A DNA stretch of 64,000 bases from Candidatus Hydrothermarchaeum profundi (GCA_002011125.2 MTMF02000009.1:1384989-1448988); one strand, 5' to 3'. Numbered from the stretch's first letter, positions 32,053 through 44,067 are shown. Numbers and translations are program-made. The notes: generated by a model not told the origin, from the letters alone.

Positions 32053-32706
32053 ATGGCTGAAGAAACAGAAGAATGGGAACCTAGAACAAGGTTAGGAAGA
32101 CTAGTAAAGAGCGGTGAAATCACGGACATCAGAGGAGTCTTTGATTCCGGTCTTCCTCTAATGGAGGCAGAGATCGTAGATACTTTGATGCCGGACATTA
32201 CAGAAGAGGTTATAGATATAGAGCTCGTCCAAAGGATGCATAAATCTGGACGTAGAGTTAGATTTAGAGCCACAGTTGCAGTTGGTAATAAGGACGGATA
32301 TATCGGCCTTGGAAAAGGAGTTGCAAAAGAAGTCGGTCCAGCTATACGCAAGGGGATAAAAGATGCAAAGCTAAACCTAGTAGAGATATCAAGAGGATGC
32401 GGTAGCTGGGAGTGCGGATGCGGCACTCCCCACTCGGTTCCTTTTGAGGTTATTGGTGTAGCTGGAAGCGTAAGAGTAAAGTTGATGCCAGCTCCGAAAG
32501 GGATAGGATTAGCGGCAGGAGATATTTCTAAGAAGATCCTATATCTAGCTGGAATAAGAGATGTGTGGTCTCAGTCTTTTGGTAAAACAAAGACTACTAT
32601 AAATACTGCAAGGGCAACATTTAATGCATTAAAACAGACTTCAATTGTTAAAATCACAGATAAACAAAAGGAGACTTTGGGGCTAGTGGAGGGAAGGATA
32701 GGATGA
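32053..32706 (+). CDS. rps5: 30S ribosomal protein S5
   Basis: [22 protein letters not shown]. Confidence 0.97.
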   Translation: MAEETEEWEPRTRLGRLVKSGEITDIRGVFDSGLPLMEAEIVDTLMPDITEEVIDIELVQRMHKSGRRVRFRATVAVGNKDGYIGLGKGVAKEVGPAIRKGIKDAKLNLVEISRGCGSWECGCGTPHSVPFEVIGVAGSVRVKLMPAPKGIGLAAGDISKKILYLAGIRDVWSQSFGKTKTTINTARATFNALKQTSIVKITDKQKETLGLVEGRIG

Positions 32707-33167
32707 AAAGGATAGCGGTTGTCAGAGTGAGAGGAACAGTCGGGGTTTCACATGAAGTTAAAGAAACTTTGAAATACTTGAGACTCAGCAGGGTCAATTA
32801 CTGTTCGATAGTTGATGACAGGCCCCAATATCTGGGAATGCTTCAAAAAGTCAAGGATTATGTAACGTGGGGGCCACTGGAAAAGGATGTTTTAGTTGAG
32901 ATATTAACTAAGAGGGCGGAACTTACCGGGGGCGAAAGGCTAACTGATGAGTATATAAAGAAAAATACAAAATTTAAATCAATTTCAGATTTTGCTTCTG
33001 CTTTTATGGATTTTAAAGCAGAACTAAAGGATATACCTAACCTTAGACCTTTTTTTAGACTTCATCCACCTAGAAAGGGATATAGAGGGATAAAGAGGAC
33101 ATATACCGAGGGAGGGGCTCTTGGGCCCAGAAATGAAATCAAGAGTTTACTCTACAGAATGAGATGA
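32703..33167 (+). CDS. rpl30: 50S ribosomal protein L30
   Basis: [25 protein letters not shown]. Confidence 0.96.
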   Translation: MKRIAVVRVRGTVGVSHEVKETLKYLRLSRVNYCSIVDDRPQYLGMLQKVKDYVTWGPLEKDVLVEILTKRAELTGGERLTDEYIKKNTKFKSISDFASAFMDFKAELKDIPNLRPFFRLHPPRKGYRGIKRTYTEGGALGPRNEIKSLLYRMR

Positions 33168-33613
33168 TAAAGATGGCGACAAAAAATAGGAAGATTAGGA
33201 AAAAACGAGGCTCTCGAACATGTGGAGGAGGTTCCCATAAGAAAAGCAGAGGGTCTGGAAATCGGGGTGGCTCAGGTAAAGCTGGAGGATGTAAAGGTAA
33301 ATGGACTAAAATTATAAAGGATTACCCTAGATATTTTGGGAGAAGGGGATTCAAGCTACCTAAGGAAATAAAACACGTATATAACTCTATTAATGTAGGT
33401 GAAATAGACGAGATAGTTGATGAACTTTTATTAAAGGGAATCGCGATAAAGGATGATGGTAAGATAATAGTAGAACTATCTGAATTAAATATAGAAAAGG
33501 TTCTTGGAGGAGGTAGAGTAACAAGACCCCTTATTATAAAAGCACAACGGTTCACAGAAGGAGCGGTAGAAAAAATCGAGAAAGCAGGGGGCAAAGCTGT
33601 TATAGAGGAGTGA
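33164..33613 (+). CDS. rpl15: 50S ribosomal protein L15
   Basis: RGSRTCGGG..RGSGNRGG.GKAG, KVLGGG. Confidence 0.96.
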   Translation: MIKMATKNRKIRKKRGSRTCGGGSHKKSRGSGNRGGSGKAGGCKGKWTKIIKDYPRYFGRRGFKLPKEIKHVYNSINVGEIDEIVDELLLKGIAIKDDGKIIVELSELNIEKVLGGGRVTRPLIIKAQRFTEGAVEKIEKAGGKAVIEE

Positions 33614-33619
33614 GAAGGG

Positions 33620-36081
<2,462 letters not shown>

Positions 36082-36093
36082 GGAGTGATACTA

Positions 36094-36330
36094 ATGAAAG
36101 AAGTAGTTAAGAAAACACCTGGAGGAAGACTGGTAATTCATCGTCGAAAAGGGAAAGTAGGATTTGCTAGGTGTGCCAATTGTAAAAAACCTCTTTTAGG
36201 AGTACCTGCTTTGAGGCCCAGTAAGCTTTCCAAGTTATCTAAAACAAAAAAAAGACCTAACAGACCCTATGGGGGGTACCTATGCTCGAATTGTATGAGG
36301 ATAGAAATCAAAAGAAAGGTTAGAGGATGA
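36094..36330 (+). CDS. rpl34e: 50S ribosomal protein L34e
   Basis: KTPGGR, CANC, RPNRPYGGYLCSNC. Confidence 0.95.
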   Translation: MKEVVKKTPGGRLVIHRRKGKVGFARCANCKKPLLGVPALRPSKLSKLSKTKKRPNRPYGGYLCSNCMRIEIKRKVRG

Positions 36331-36848
36331 TAATAACTATAGGAGGCCCCATAGGCAGTGGAAAAACCACTGTAGCTAGAGCTTTGGCTTCAAAGTTTGG
36401 CCTGAGGCATATTTCTGCTGGTCAAGTATTTAGGCAAATGGCGAGAGAGAGGGGAATGAGTCTAGAAGAGTTCTCTAAATATGCAGAAAAAAACTTGGAG
36501 TTGGACAGAGCCATTGATAAAAAGCAGATGGAATTAGCTAAATCAGGTAATGCTGTTGTAGATGGGAGGTTAAGTGGCCTATTGATAGATGCAGATCTCA
36601 AGATATGGTTAAAAGCATCATTGGAGGTAAGAGCAAAGCGCGTTGCAGAGAGAGAATCAAAAGATTTTAATGTTGCTCTGAAGGAGACAAAGATCCGCGA
36701 AAGAAGTGAGAACAAACGTTACAAGAAAATATATAATTTTGATTTATCCGATCTTTCAGTCTATGATGTGGTACTGAATACGGAATTATGGAGCGCAGAG
36801 GATGTTATTAATATAATATATGTGATGGTGTCCTCTTTAAAGAGGTGA
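36327..36848 (+). CDS. cmk: Cytidylate kinase
   Basis: GPIGSGKTT, SAGQVFR, DGRLSG; conserved operon position. Confidence 0.93.
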   Translation: MIITIGGPIGSGKTTVARALASKFGLRHISAGQVFRQMARERGMSLEEFSKYAEKNLELDRAIDKKQMELAKSGNAVVDGRLSGLLIDADLKIWLKASLEVRAKRVAERESKDFNVALKETKIRERSENKRYKKIYNFDLSDLSVYDVVLNTELWSAEDVINIIYVMVSSLKR

Positions 36849-36853
36849 TGTAA

Positions 36854-37081
36854 TTGGAGGTAGGTAGAGTCTGTGTAAAACTAGCTGGTAGGGAAGCCGG
36901 TAAAAAATGTGTCATAGTTGAGAAAATAGATGAAAACTTTGTAATAATCGACTCTCCCTTTGTCAGGAGGAGGAGATGCAATATTAGGCATTTGGAGCCT
37001 TTGGATATATTAGTTGATATCAAAGAAGGAGCCGACTCTAAAGAAGTGGAGAAGGCTCTTAGAAAAGCCAAGCTAATTTAA
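36854..37081 (+). CDS. rpl14e: 50S ribosomal protein L14e
   Basis: EVGRVCVKLAGREAGK, RRRCNIRHLEP; TTG start. Confidence 0.95.
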   Translation: MEVGRVCVKLAGREAGKKCVIVEKIDENFVIIDSPFVRRRRCNIRHLEPLDILVDIKEGADSKEVEKALRKAKLI

Positions 37082-37091
37082 AGGTACCGAA

Positions 37092-38120
37092 ATGGGCAAA
37101 CTCCCTTTTGAAATGGATAGGAAAATAGTTGTTAAGTGTAGAGCATCAACTAATCCAGAGTATGGTAAAATGCCGGAAGAAAGGGGGATTAGAGAATATA
37201 TAAATTATGGAGTTATAAATCTTGATAAACCCCCGGGGCCAACCTCTCATGAAGTTGTTTCGTGGGTAAAGAAGATACTAGAGATAAAAAAAGCGGGACA
37301 CGGCGGAACACTAGATCCTAAAGTATCTGGTGTTTTACCAATCGGTCTTGAAGAGTCAACAAAAATTATACAAACGCTTCTGCCAGCCGGTAAAGAATAT
37401 GTTTGTCTAATGAGACTCCATAGTAATATAGAAGAAAATGAGGTCTCAAGAGTTTTCAAAGAGTTTGAAGGGGAAATTTATCAGAGGCCACCGGTAAAGT
37501 CGGCTGTAAAAAGAAAGCTGAGAAAAAGAACAATCTACTATATCGAGATACTTGAAGTTGATGGGAGGGACATATTATTTAAAGTTGGATGTGAGGCAGG
37601 AACTTATATAAGAAAACTTTGCCATGATATAGGGGAAGTAATAGGGGTTGGGGCACATATGGTAGAATTAAGGAGAACCAAGAGTGGGTCCTTTAAAGAT
37701 GAAGATTCAGTAAAATTACATGATGTCATGGACGCGTATTCTTTTTGGAAAGAAGATGAAAACGAAAAATTTCTCAGAAAAGTCATTTGGCCTGTAGAGA
37801 AAGCGGTAGAACATCTTCAGAAAATAATAGTCAGAGACGGCGCAGTAGATGCTATATGTCATGGAGCAAATCTCGCTGTACCCGGGATATGCGAACTTGA
37901 TGCCGATATAAAACCAGGGGATTTGGTCGCTCTTTTTACTTTAAAAAACGAGCTAATCGCGATAGGTCAAGCAAAAATGGAGACCAGAGATATCCTATTA
38001 GAAAACTCAGGAATCGCTGTTAAAACCAAGAGGGTCGTAATGAAGACAGGGACCTATCCAAGGCTATGGAAATCTAAGCAAGCCGGGGTAGCCGAGACCG
38101 GACCAAGGCGCCGGCCTTGA
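37092..38120 (+). CDS. cbf5: H/ACA and tRNA pseudouridine synthase Cbf5
   Basis: DKPPGPTSHEV, GHGGTLDP, GTYIRKLC, PUA domain, YPRLWK; the frame ends inside tRNA-Ser. Confidence 0.96.
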   Translation: MGKLPFEMDRKIVVKCRASTNPEYGKMPEERGIREYINYGVINLDKPPGPTSHEVVSWVKKILEIKKAGHGGTLDPKVSGVLPIGLEESTKIIQTLLPAGKEYVCLMRLHSNIEENEVSRVFKEFEGEIYQRPPVKSAVKRKLRKRTIYYIEILEVDGRDILFKVGCEAGTYIRKLCHDIGEVIGVGAHMVELRRTKSGSFKDEDSVKLHDVMDAYSFWKEDENEKFLRKVIWPVEKAVEHLQKIIVRDGAVDAICHGANLAVPGICELDADIKPGDLVALFTLKNELIAIGQAKMETRDILLENSGIAVKTKRVVMKTGTYPRLWKSKQAGVAETGPRRRP

Positions 38121-38169
38121 GAGCCGGTTGAGCATATGCTCAGCATGGGTTCAAATCCCATCCCCGGCG
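38082..38169 (+). tRNA. tRNA-Ser(TGA)
   Basis: GCCGGGG acceptor, CCGGC-CT-TGA-GA-GCCGG anticodon arm, long variable arm, GGTTCAAATCC, discriminator G. Confidence 0.95.
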
Positions 38170-38229
38170 TAAATTTTATTTATTTTCAGAAAGACGACTC
38201 AAATTAGATATTTATTATGAAACTACTGG
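38156..38229 (+). repeat. Direct repeat copy 1 (tRNA-Ser 3' end plus about 60 nt), att-like
   Basis: 69/74 identical to 38818-38891 by manual alignment. Confidence 0.9.
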
Positions 38230-38366
38230 CAAAAATTAACTGATAGGGTCTCAGGAGGATGCAACGATTTCGTATTCAAAGGATGGCTACTGTGAGAAAA
38301 GAAAGTACATCGAGAGCGAAGCATGAGAATAAAAGCTTAAATACGTTAAGATTCGAAGGGGTGGAT

Positions 38367-38582
38367 ATGGATAAGCGTAAGTTTAACGTGGTAATCGAGA
38401 AGGACGAGGACGGTTATTATATCGCCACTGTTCCTTCTTTGCCCGGCTGTCATACACAAGCTAAGAATTTGGATGAGCTAATGAAGCGCGTGAAGGAGGC
38501 TATCGAGCTCTATCTTGAGGTCGAAGAAGAAGCAGGCGATGTTGAAACCGAATTCGTAGGGGTGCAGGTAGTTGAGGCTTAG
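38367..38582 (+). CDS. hicB: HicB family antitoxin (short form, no DNA-binding domain)
   Basis: FNVVIEKDEDGYYIATVPSLPGCHTQAKNLDELM..VKEAIELYL. Confidence 0.9.
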   Translation: MDKRKFNVVIEKDEDGYYIATVPSLPGCHTQAKNLDELMKRVKEAIELYLEVEEEAGDVETEFVGVQVVEA

Positions 38583-38792
38583 ACCTCTTCCGCCTGAAAA
38601 GGTCATACGCGCCCTGGAGAAAGCTGGTTTTGTGCGGGTGAGGCAGAAAGGCAGTCATGTTTTTATGAGACATCCTAATGGGAGAACAACAATAGTTCCA
38701 TATCACAAGAAAGAAAATATAGAAGAGGGCTTTTGAGAAAGATAATCAACGACGCCCAGATGACAGTTGAAGAGTTCATGAAGCTGACTTAG
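38572..38792 (+). pseudogene. hicA: HicA toxin with a 1-nt frameshift near 38720
   Basis: TTG start MRLRPLPPEKVIRALEKAGFVRVRQKGSHVFMRHPNGRTTIVPYH..; premature TGA; -1 frame continues RGLLRKIINDAQMTVEEFMKLT*. Confidence 0.85.
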
Positions 38793-38817
38793 ATTTACCA
38801 GTAAAAATGCGCTGATG

Positions 38818-38891
38818 TCCCATCCTCGGCGCTAATTTTACTTATTTTCAGAAAGACGACTCAAATTAGATAGTTATTATGAAACTACTGG
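38818..38891 (+). repeat. Direct repeat copy 2
   Basis: TCCCATCCTCGGCGCTAATTTTAC...GAAACTACTGG. Confidence 0.9.
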
Positions 38892-39146
38892 TAAATTAAT
38901 GGATATAACTTACGGGATAGGCAATTTTTAGATTCTATTTTCAAAAAGTTCACAATATACACCATTATATGGATAATGTTGATAACTTTTATTAAAGTTC
39001 ATTTTATACAAATTAATTTTTAATCTTCAAATTATTTGCTTTTTTACTTTAAAATTATCACGAATGAGATCTAAGTTTAAATCGTTAGCTTTTTATTCAA
39101 TTAATAAAAAATCTTTTATGAAACTTATCTGTTCGGGGGGTCCTTC

Positions 39147-39653
39147 ATGGAAATGCGTAGAAGTGAAAGAAAAATGGACAAAAAAGGAATAGATGAGGTC
39201 CTTGTTGAGACCCTTATCGGCAATTTGGCAACTACGCGTGATGGTGTTCCGTACACTATACCAATACAATTCTTATATGAACCTAAGGATAAGGCAATAT
39301 ACTTTCATGGGGCTAGTGAGGGTAGGAAGATTGATAATATTAAAGAAAATCCTAAGGTCTGTTTTAGCGCATTTCAGCTCATAGGTTTAATATGTGCAGA
39401 TAAAGCCTGCGAGTATGATCAGAGTTTCAGGAGTGTTGTCATCTTTGGCACAGCTACCTTCGTAAAAGATGCTGATAAAAAATTTGAAGTTCTAAAGGGC
39501 TTTATGGAAAAATATGCCAAAGATCATCCGGCTCCTATACCTGTGACGAGATCTATGGCTGCAAGGACTACAATTATTAAACTCAGTATTGATGAGATTA
39601 GTGGAAAACAAAATATAGAGGGCACAATACACTTTCCAGAAAAGGAAAGGTGA
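39147..39653 (+). CDS. Pyridoxamine 5'-phosphate oxidase-like flavin-binding protein (NimA-like)
   Basis: MRRSER, PYTIP..IYFHGA.EGRK..NPKVCFS, FRSVVIFG, ISGK. Confidence 0.85.
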   Translation: MEMRRSERKMDKKGIDEVLVETLIGNLATTRDGVPYTIPIQFLYEPKDKAIYFHGASEGRKIDNIKENPKVCFSAFQLIGLICADKACEYDQSFRSVVIFGTATFVKDADKKFEVLKGFMEKYAKDHPAPIPVTRSMAARTTIIKLSIDEISGKQNIEGTIHFPEKER

Positions 39654-39686
39654 AAATTATACTGTAAATAATTTATGCTGTTGCCT

Positions 39687-40571
39687 TTAGGTTCTCATTA
39701 AACTTATTGCAGTAAGCATATCTTCAATACTTGCTTTAGCTCCACTAGCTACCTTATGACCTCCGCCCCCAAAGATCTTTGCAAGCTGAAGCACGTTAAA
39801 TCTTGTGTGGGTTCTAAGTTCGATTCTACCACTTATTCTTGAATATACTAAAATTATATCGAAAGGTGCATCTCTGTGCTCTATTAGTTTATTGGTTGCG
39901 ATGTACACAGGTATTCCCTCTGTTTGTAGAACAGCTACTTTTAGCCCACTAATATTTCTCACTTTAACCTTTCGCATTACTAGCTCTTCAAAGAAACTTA
40001 TTTTTTTCTCATACTCAGCTATTTCTCGCTTGTAATCATCTATAGCGGTAATGCCTTTTTCAGCAAGTGCCTTTGATAGCTGGAATAATTTAAAACTTAG
40101 AGACTGTTTTTTTCCTTTGTAATATGCGACTATTTTCCTCAGTTTGTCTGCTTCAGGACTCACCACATTATTAGTGTCTATTTCGTCTGCTATATTCTCA
40201 AAACCTGTAATACCAAAATACTTTGATACTAGACGACAGGCACTTTTGGTAGAACCGAGATAAAACTCTATATTATCTGGTCTTCTTACGGCTCCCCATA
40301 TGTGGTGGTCTATCCATACAACCCTTTCGCTTTTAGATGCTTCGGCTACAGATCTATTTGTACCAGAAATATCGAAGATATATAGGTTTTTAGCTTTAAT
40401 CTTCGTGAGTGTATAGGCTAAAATAGAGGGGGAGGAAAAGTATGCCCTACAGTTTCCTCTAGCTCTCATAAAAGTAGCGAGGCACAGTACACCATCGCTA
40501 TCAGCATGGGTCACAACATAGGCCATTTTAGGCGCACTGTGTATAGAAATCCTATTACTGGACTCTTCCAT
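39687..40571 (-). CDS. DHH/DHHA1 phosphoesterase
   Basis: THADSDG, WIDHH, FGGGGHKVASGA. Confidence 0.85.
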   Translation of the reverse strand: MEESSNRISIHSAPKMAYVVTHADSDGVLCLATFMRARGNCRAYFSSPSILAYTLTKIKAKNLYIFDISGTNRSVAEASKSERVVWIDHHIWGAVRRPDNIEFYLGSTKSACRLVSKYFGITGFENIADEIDTNNVVSPEADKLRKIVAYYKGKKQSLSFKLFQLSKALAEKGITAIDDYKREIAEYEKKISFFEELVMRKVKVRNISGLKVAVLQTEGIPVYIATNKLIEHRDAPFDIILVYSRISGRIELRTHTRFNVLQLAKIFGGGGHKVASGAKASIEDMLTAISLMRT

Positions 40572-40902
40572 AATTAACTCTTTTTAATAGTTTTTCAAAA
40601 ATTAAGTTTTATTCTTTAGTAAGTTCTAGCAAGAAAAAATGGTAATTTCCTAAAAATAAATTTTGCCCAGTAAACACTTTTTTTACTTGGTGAGATAATT
40701 ATCACGGTGTCGTAGCATCAGCAGTCTATATTAAGCTAAAAAAGGACAAAAAGGTTCTAGGTTCCTTTCTTTCCTATATTTTTACAAAAACATTCTGTGG
40801 GCTTTCGCAATATTTATAAATCTCGTTAAAATATTCCATTGTGCGGTTTGTAAAAACATAGATTTTATAATCGATATAAAATGATAATTTTATAAAGTGA
40901 TT

Positions 40903-40916
40903 GAAAAGATTTATAA
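40903..40916 (+). promoter_or_regulatory. Putative BRE/TATA promoter of the rps13 operon
   Basis: GAAAAGA-TTTATAA about 45 nt upstream of the rps13 start. Confidence 0.5.
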
Positions 40917-40958
40917 GTTAAAAAATATAAGGATTAGGGCTAACTCGGAGGAAAGATC

Positions 40959-41435
40959 TTGGAAAAGAAAGAAGAGGAATTTAAATATCTAGTAAGGATC
41001 GCTGGTACGGATATAAATGGGAATAAAAAGATTTCATATGGGCTTACTCGTATAAAAGGAATTGGTAATAGGATGGGAAAGGTGATATGTGAAGCGGCGG
41101 GGATTGATCCAAATAAAAAGGTAGGGTACCTTACTGAAGATGAGGTAGAGAAGTTGGATAACATAATAGAGAATGTAGGCGGTATAGGCCTTCCAGGATG
41201 GCTATTGAATAGGAGGGTTGATTATACTACTGGTAAGAATATTCATGTTATCGGGTCTGACCTCATTATGAGCCTCAGAGAGGATATAAATAGGATGAAG
41301 AAAATGAAAAGCTACAAGGGAATTAGACATGCTTTAGGATTACCCGTAAGAGGTCAGCGAACCCGTACGAGTTTTAGGAAGGGTGTCATAGTAGGGGTTA
41401 TGAGGCGAAAGATGGGGAAAGAAGCCAAAAAATAA
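40959..41435 (+). CDS. rps13: 30S ribosomal protein S13
   Basis: LTRIKGIG, YKGIRHALGLPVRGQRT; TTG start. Confidence 0.97.
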   Translation: MEKKEEEFKYLVRIAGTDINGNKKISYGLTRIKGIGNRMGKVICEAAGIDPNKKVGYLTEDEVEKLDNIIENVGGIGLPGWLLNRRVDYTTGKNIHVIGSDLIMSLREDINRMKKMKSYKGIRHALGLPVRGQRTRTSFRKGVIVGVMRRKMGKEAKK

Positions 41436-41450
41436 TAGGAAGGACTGTTT

Positions 41451-41981
41451 ATGGGAGACCCTAAAAAACGTAAGAAAAAGTATGATACACCACGGAATCC
41501 TTGGCAAATAGAAAGGCTAGAAGAAGAAAGGAAATTAATGAAGAAATATGGCCTAAGAAACAAGAGAGAGTTATGGAGGATGGAGACTCTTCTCAGGGGA
41601 TTTCGTAGGCAAGCTAGGAAATTGCTTGCCCTCGAGACTCCTCAAGCTAAAAAAGAAGAAATCCAACTTCTTGAAAAATTAAGAAGATTAAAAATGCTTA
41701 AGCGGAATTCTACCCTAGATGATGTCTTAGCATTAAAAATAGAAGATATCCTTGATAGGAGACTTCAGACCTTGGTATTTAAAAAAGGGTTGGCGAATAC
41801 ACCAAAACAAGCACGCCAGTTTATCGTTCATGGACATATCTCCATTAAGGGAAGAAAAGTTACAGCACCAAGTTATCTGGTGGGAAGAGAAGAAGAAAAC
41901 TCTATTGGGTATATTGAATCTTCACCACTAAAAAATCTCGAAGCTCAGACGAGTAGTGAGAAAGTGAAAGAGGAGGCGTAA
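41451..41981 (+). CDS. rps4: 30S ribosomal protein S4
   Basis: [31 protein letters not shown]. Confidence 0.97.
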   Translation: MGDPKKRKKKYDTPRNPWQIERLEEERKLMKKYGLRNKRELWRMETLLRGFRRQARKLLALETPQAKKEEIQLLEKLRRLKMLKRNSTLDDVLALKIEDILDRRLQTLVFKKGLANTPKQARQFIVHGHISIKGRKVTAPSYLVGREEENSIGYIESSPLKNLEAQTSSEKVKEEA

Positions 41982-41983
41982 AA

Positions 41984-42379
41984 TTGGTTAAGGAAGCTAA
42001 GGCTTGGGGCGTTGCTCATATCTATTCTTCTTTCAATAATACAATTATACACATAACAGATATAACTGGATCAGAAACCATATCAAGGTGGTCTGGGGGA
42101 AGGATAGTTAGGGCCCATAGAGAAGAGAGTTCTCCATATGCAGCTATGCAGGCAGCTATGAGGGCAGCTGAAGAGGCTATGGAAAAGGGTATAGTAGGGG
42201 TCCACATTAAGGTAAGAGCACCGGGGGGAAGTGGACCGAAAACTCCGGGTCCAGGAGCCCAGCCTGCGATTAGAGCTCTTGCAAGAGCTGGTCTTAAGAT
42301 AGGTAGGATTGAAGATGCAACTCCTATCCCTCACGATGGAACTAAGAAAAAAGGAGGAAAGAGAGGTAGGAGAGTATGA
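41984..42379 (+). CDS. rps11: 30S ribosomal protein S11
   Basis: [27 protein letters not shown]; TTG start. Confidence 0.97.
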   Translation: MVKEAKAWGVAHIYSSFNNTIIHITDITGSETISRWSGGRIVRAHREESSPYAAMQAAMRAAEEAMEKGIVGVHIKVRAPGGSGPKTPGPGAQPAIRALARAGLKIGRIEDATPIPHDGTKKKGGKRGRRV

Positions 42380-43158
42380 AAGTAGAAATACTTGAAGAAA
42401 CTGATAACTCAATGAGGTTTATATTATCAGAAGCCCACCCAAGCTTGGCTAATGCTTTAAGGAGGATAATGGTATCTGAGGTTCCAACTTTGGCGATTGA
42501 GGATGTAACGATTATTGAGAATACATCATCGCTGTATGATGAAATTATTGCTCATAGATTGGGTTTGATTCCGATTAGAACTGATCTTGATATTATGAAC
42601 TTGAGAGAGGAGTGTGTTTGCAAGGGAGAAGGATGTCCAAATTGTACATTAAAGCTTACTTTAAACTCTACGGGAAAAGATAGGATTATTACAGTGTATT
42701 CACATGATTTAAAGTCAGAAGATGAAAGATTAAAACCGATAGAGGGTATCCCAATTATAAAATTAGGAAAAGAGCAAAAACTAGTATTAGAGGCAGAAGC
42801 TATCCTTGGTAAGGGAAAAGATCATGCTAAATGGCAGCCAGCGGTAGTGGGATATAAATACTACCCAGCAATAGAGGTAAATGGGGAATGTGAAGACTGT
42901 AAAAAATGTGCAGATGTTTGCCCTGTTAACATATTAGAATCAGAAGATGGCAAAATCAAAGTAATCGATGAAATGAAATGCACTTTGTGTAAGTCTTGTG
43001 TAGAAGCATGTGAAAAAAAGATTATTAAGGTTAGAGGGGATGATAAAAAATTTATATTCACGTTAGAGAGTACTGGAGCATTAAAACCTCGAGAAATACT
43101 GAACAAAGCATGTGAAATATTAGAAGAAAAAGCCAGGGAACTGGCTACGCTATTATAG
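42376..43158 (+). CDS. rpoD: RNA polymerase subunit D (Rpo3) with ferredoxin-like domain
   Basis: [24 protein letters not shown], two CxxCxxCxxxC motifs. Confidence 0.96.
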   Translation: MKVEILEETDNSMRFILSEAHPSLANALRRIMVSEVPTLAIEDVTIIENTSSLYDEIIAHRLGLIPIRTDLDIMNLREECVCKGEGCPNCTLKLTLNSTGKDRIITVYSHDLKSEDERLKPIEGIPIIKLGKEQKLVLEAEAILGKGKDHAKWQPAVVGYKYYPAIEVNGECEDCKKCADVCPVNILESEDGKIKVIDEMKCTLCKSCVEACEKKIIKVRGDDKKFIFTLESTGALKPREILNKACEILEEKARELATLL

Positions 43159-43243
43159 CGGGGGTGGCCGAGTCTGGTCAAAGGCGCAAGGTTGAGGGCC
43201 TTGTTCCTAAGTGGATGCGAGGGTTCGAATCCCTTCCCCCGCA
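43158..43243 (+). tRNA. tRNA-Leu(GAG)
   Basis: GCGGGGG/CCCCCGC acceptor, CAAGG-TT-GAG-GG-CCTTG, variable arm, GGTTCGAATCC. Confidence 0.95.
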
Positions 43244-43256
43244 CTATGGTGATGGT

Positions 43257-43619
43257 ATGAAGAAGCCAAAATCAACAAATCCGCTAATGGTAGAACTTAT
43301 CCAAGACTTAATAGCTAGGTCGCGTGAGGAAAAATCCCTAATTTGGAGAGATATAGCTAAGAGATTATCCAGATCTGCATCCTTGCGTGCAGAAGTTAAT
43401 ATTAGTAGAATCGCCCGCTACTCTAAGAAGGGTGAGACCCTCGTGGTCCCTGGGAAGGTATTGGGATCCGGATCTATTAACCATCCCGTTAATGTAGCAG
43501 CATTAAATTTTTCTGCGAAAGCTAAGGAGAAAATAATAAAAGCAGGTGGTAAGTGCTTATCTCTAAGGAATCTAATGGAACAAAACCCCAAAGGAACAGG
43601 GGTTAAAATTATTGAGTGA
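43257..43619 (+). CDS. rpl18e: 50S ribosomal protein L18e
   Basis: STNP..IWRDIA, VVPGKVLGSG; true ATG lies after tRNA-Leu. Confidence 0.95.
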   Translation: MKKPKSTNPLMVELIQDLIARSREEKSLIWRDIAKRLSRSASLRAEVNISRIARYSKKGETLVVPGKVLGSGSINHPVNVAALNFSAKAKEKIIKAGGKCLSLRNLMEQNPKGTGVKIIE

Positions 43620-43625
43620 TGTGCT

Positions 43626-44057
43626 ATGAAGGTTATAGACGGGAAGGATCGTATATTAGGGAGACTTGCCTCTTATGTAGCTAAGGAACTCTTGAGAGGT
43701 GAAGAGATTACAATAGTTAATGCTGAAGAGTGTATTATATCAGGTTCAGAAAAAAATATACTTGAAAAATATAAAGCAAGAAGAGCGAGGAAGAGTCTTG
43801 TGAATCCTGCGAGACATGGCCCCTTCTTTCCGAGGCGCCCTGAGGGTATTGTTAGGAGAGCTGTAAGAGGAATGATCCCGTATAGGAAAGCTAAAGGACG
43901 AGAATCATTCCGCAGATTACGTGTCTATGTAGGAGTACCAAAGGACTTTGAGGGGATAGAGTTCGAGAAGATAGATGTACCTAAGGTTGATAAACTTAAG
44001 CTCCCAAAATACATAAAGGTTAAAGAGCTAAGTAAGCAGCTAGGTGCCAAATTCTGA
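43626..44057 (+). CDS. rpl13: 50S ribosomal protein L13
   Basis: ILGRLASYVAK, GPFFPRRP..VRGMIP. Confidence 0.96.
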   Translation: MKVIDGKDRILGRLASYVAKELLRGEEITIVNAEECIISGSEKNILEKYKARRARKSLVNPARHGPFFPRRPEGIVRRAVRGMIPYRKAKGRESFRRLRVYVGVPKDFEGIEFEKIDVPKVDKLKLPKYIKVKELSKQLGAKF

Positions 44058-44067
44058 GGTGATATGA

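Larger units (their letters stand above)
38156..38891. mobile_element. tRNA-integrated mini-islet or remnant carrying hicBA
   Basis: Direct repeats containing the tRNA 3' end flank a TA pair; no integrase seen. Confidence 0.6.

Noticed and set aside
38082-38169. tRNA-Sec or UGA suppressor
   Set aside because: The anticodon is TGA (reads UCA, Ser), not TCA; normal 7-bp acceptor stem
38700-38740. Programmed -1 frameshift in hicA
   Set aside because: No clear X XXY YYZ slippery site or downstream structure; a simple deletion is more parsimonious
38156-38891. CRISPR array
   Set aside because: Only two 74-bp copies 662 bp apart, and no cas genes
40572-40958. Replication origin in the AT-rich spacer
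   Set aside because: No ORB-like repeats or adjacent cdc6; explained by divergent promoters
42880-43015. Ferredoxin-like domain in RpoD as a novelty
   Set aside because: Already described for many archaeal Rpo3 subunits
43164-43256. N-terminal extension of L18e (similarly RpoK from 44702)
   Set aside because: It is translated tRNA sequence; proper ATGs follow the tRNAs
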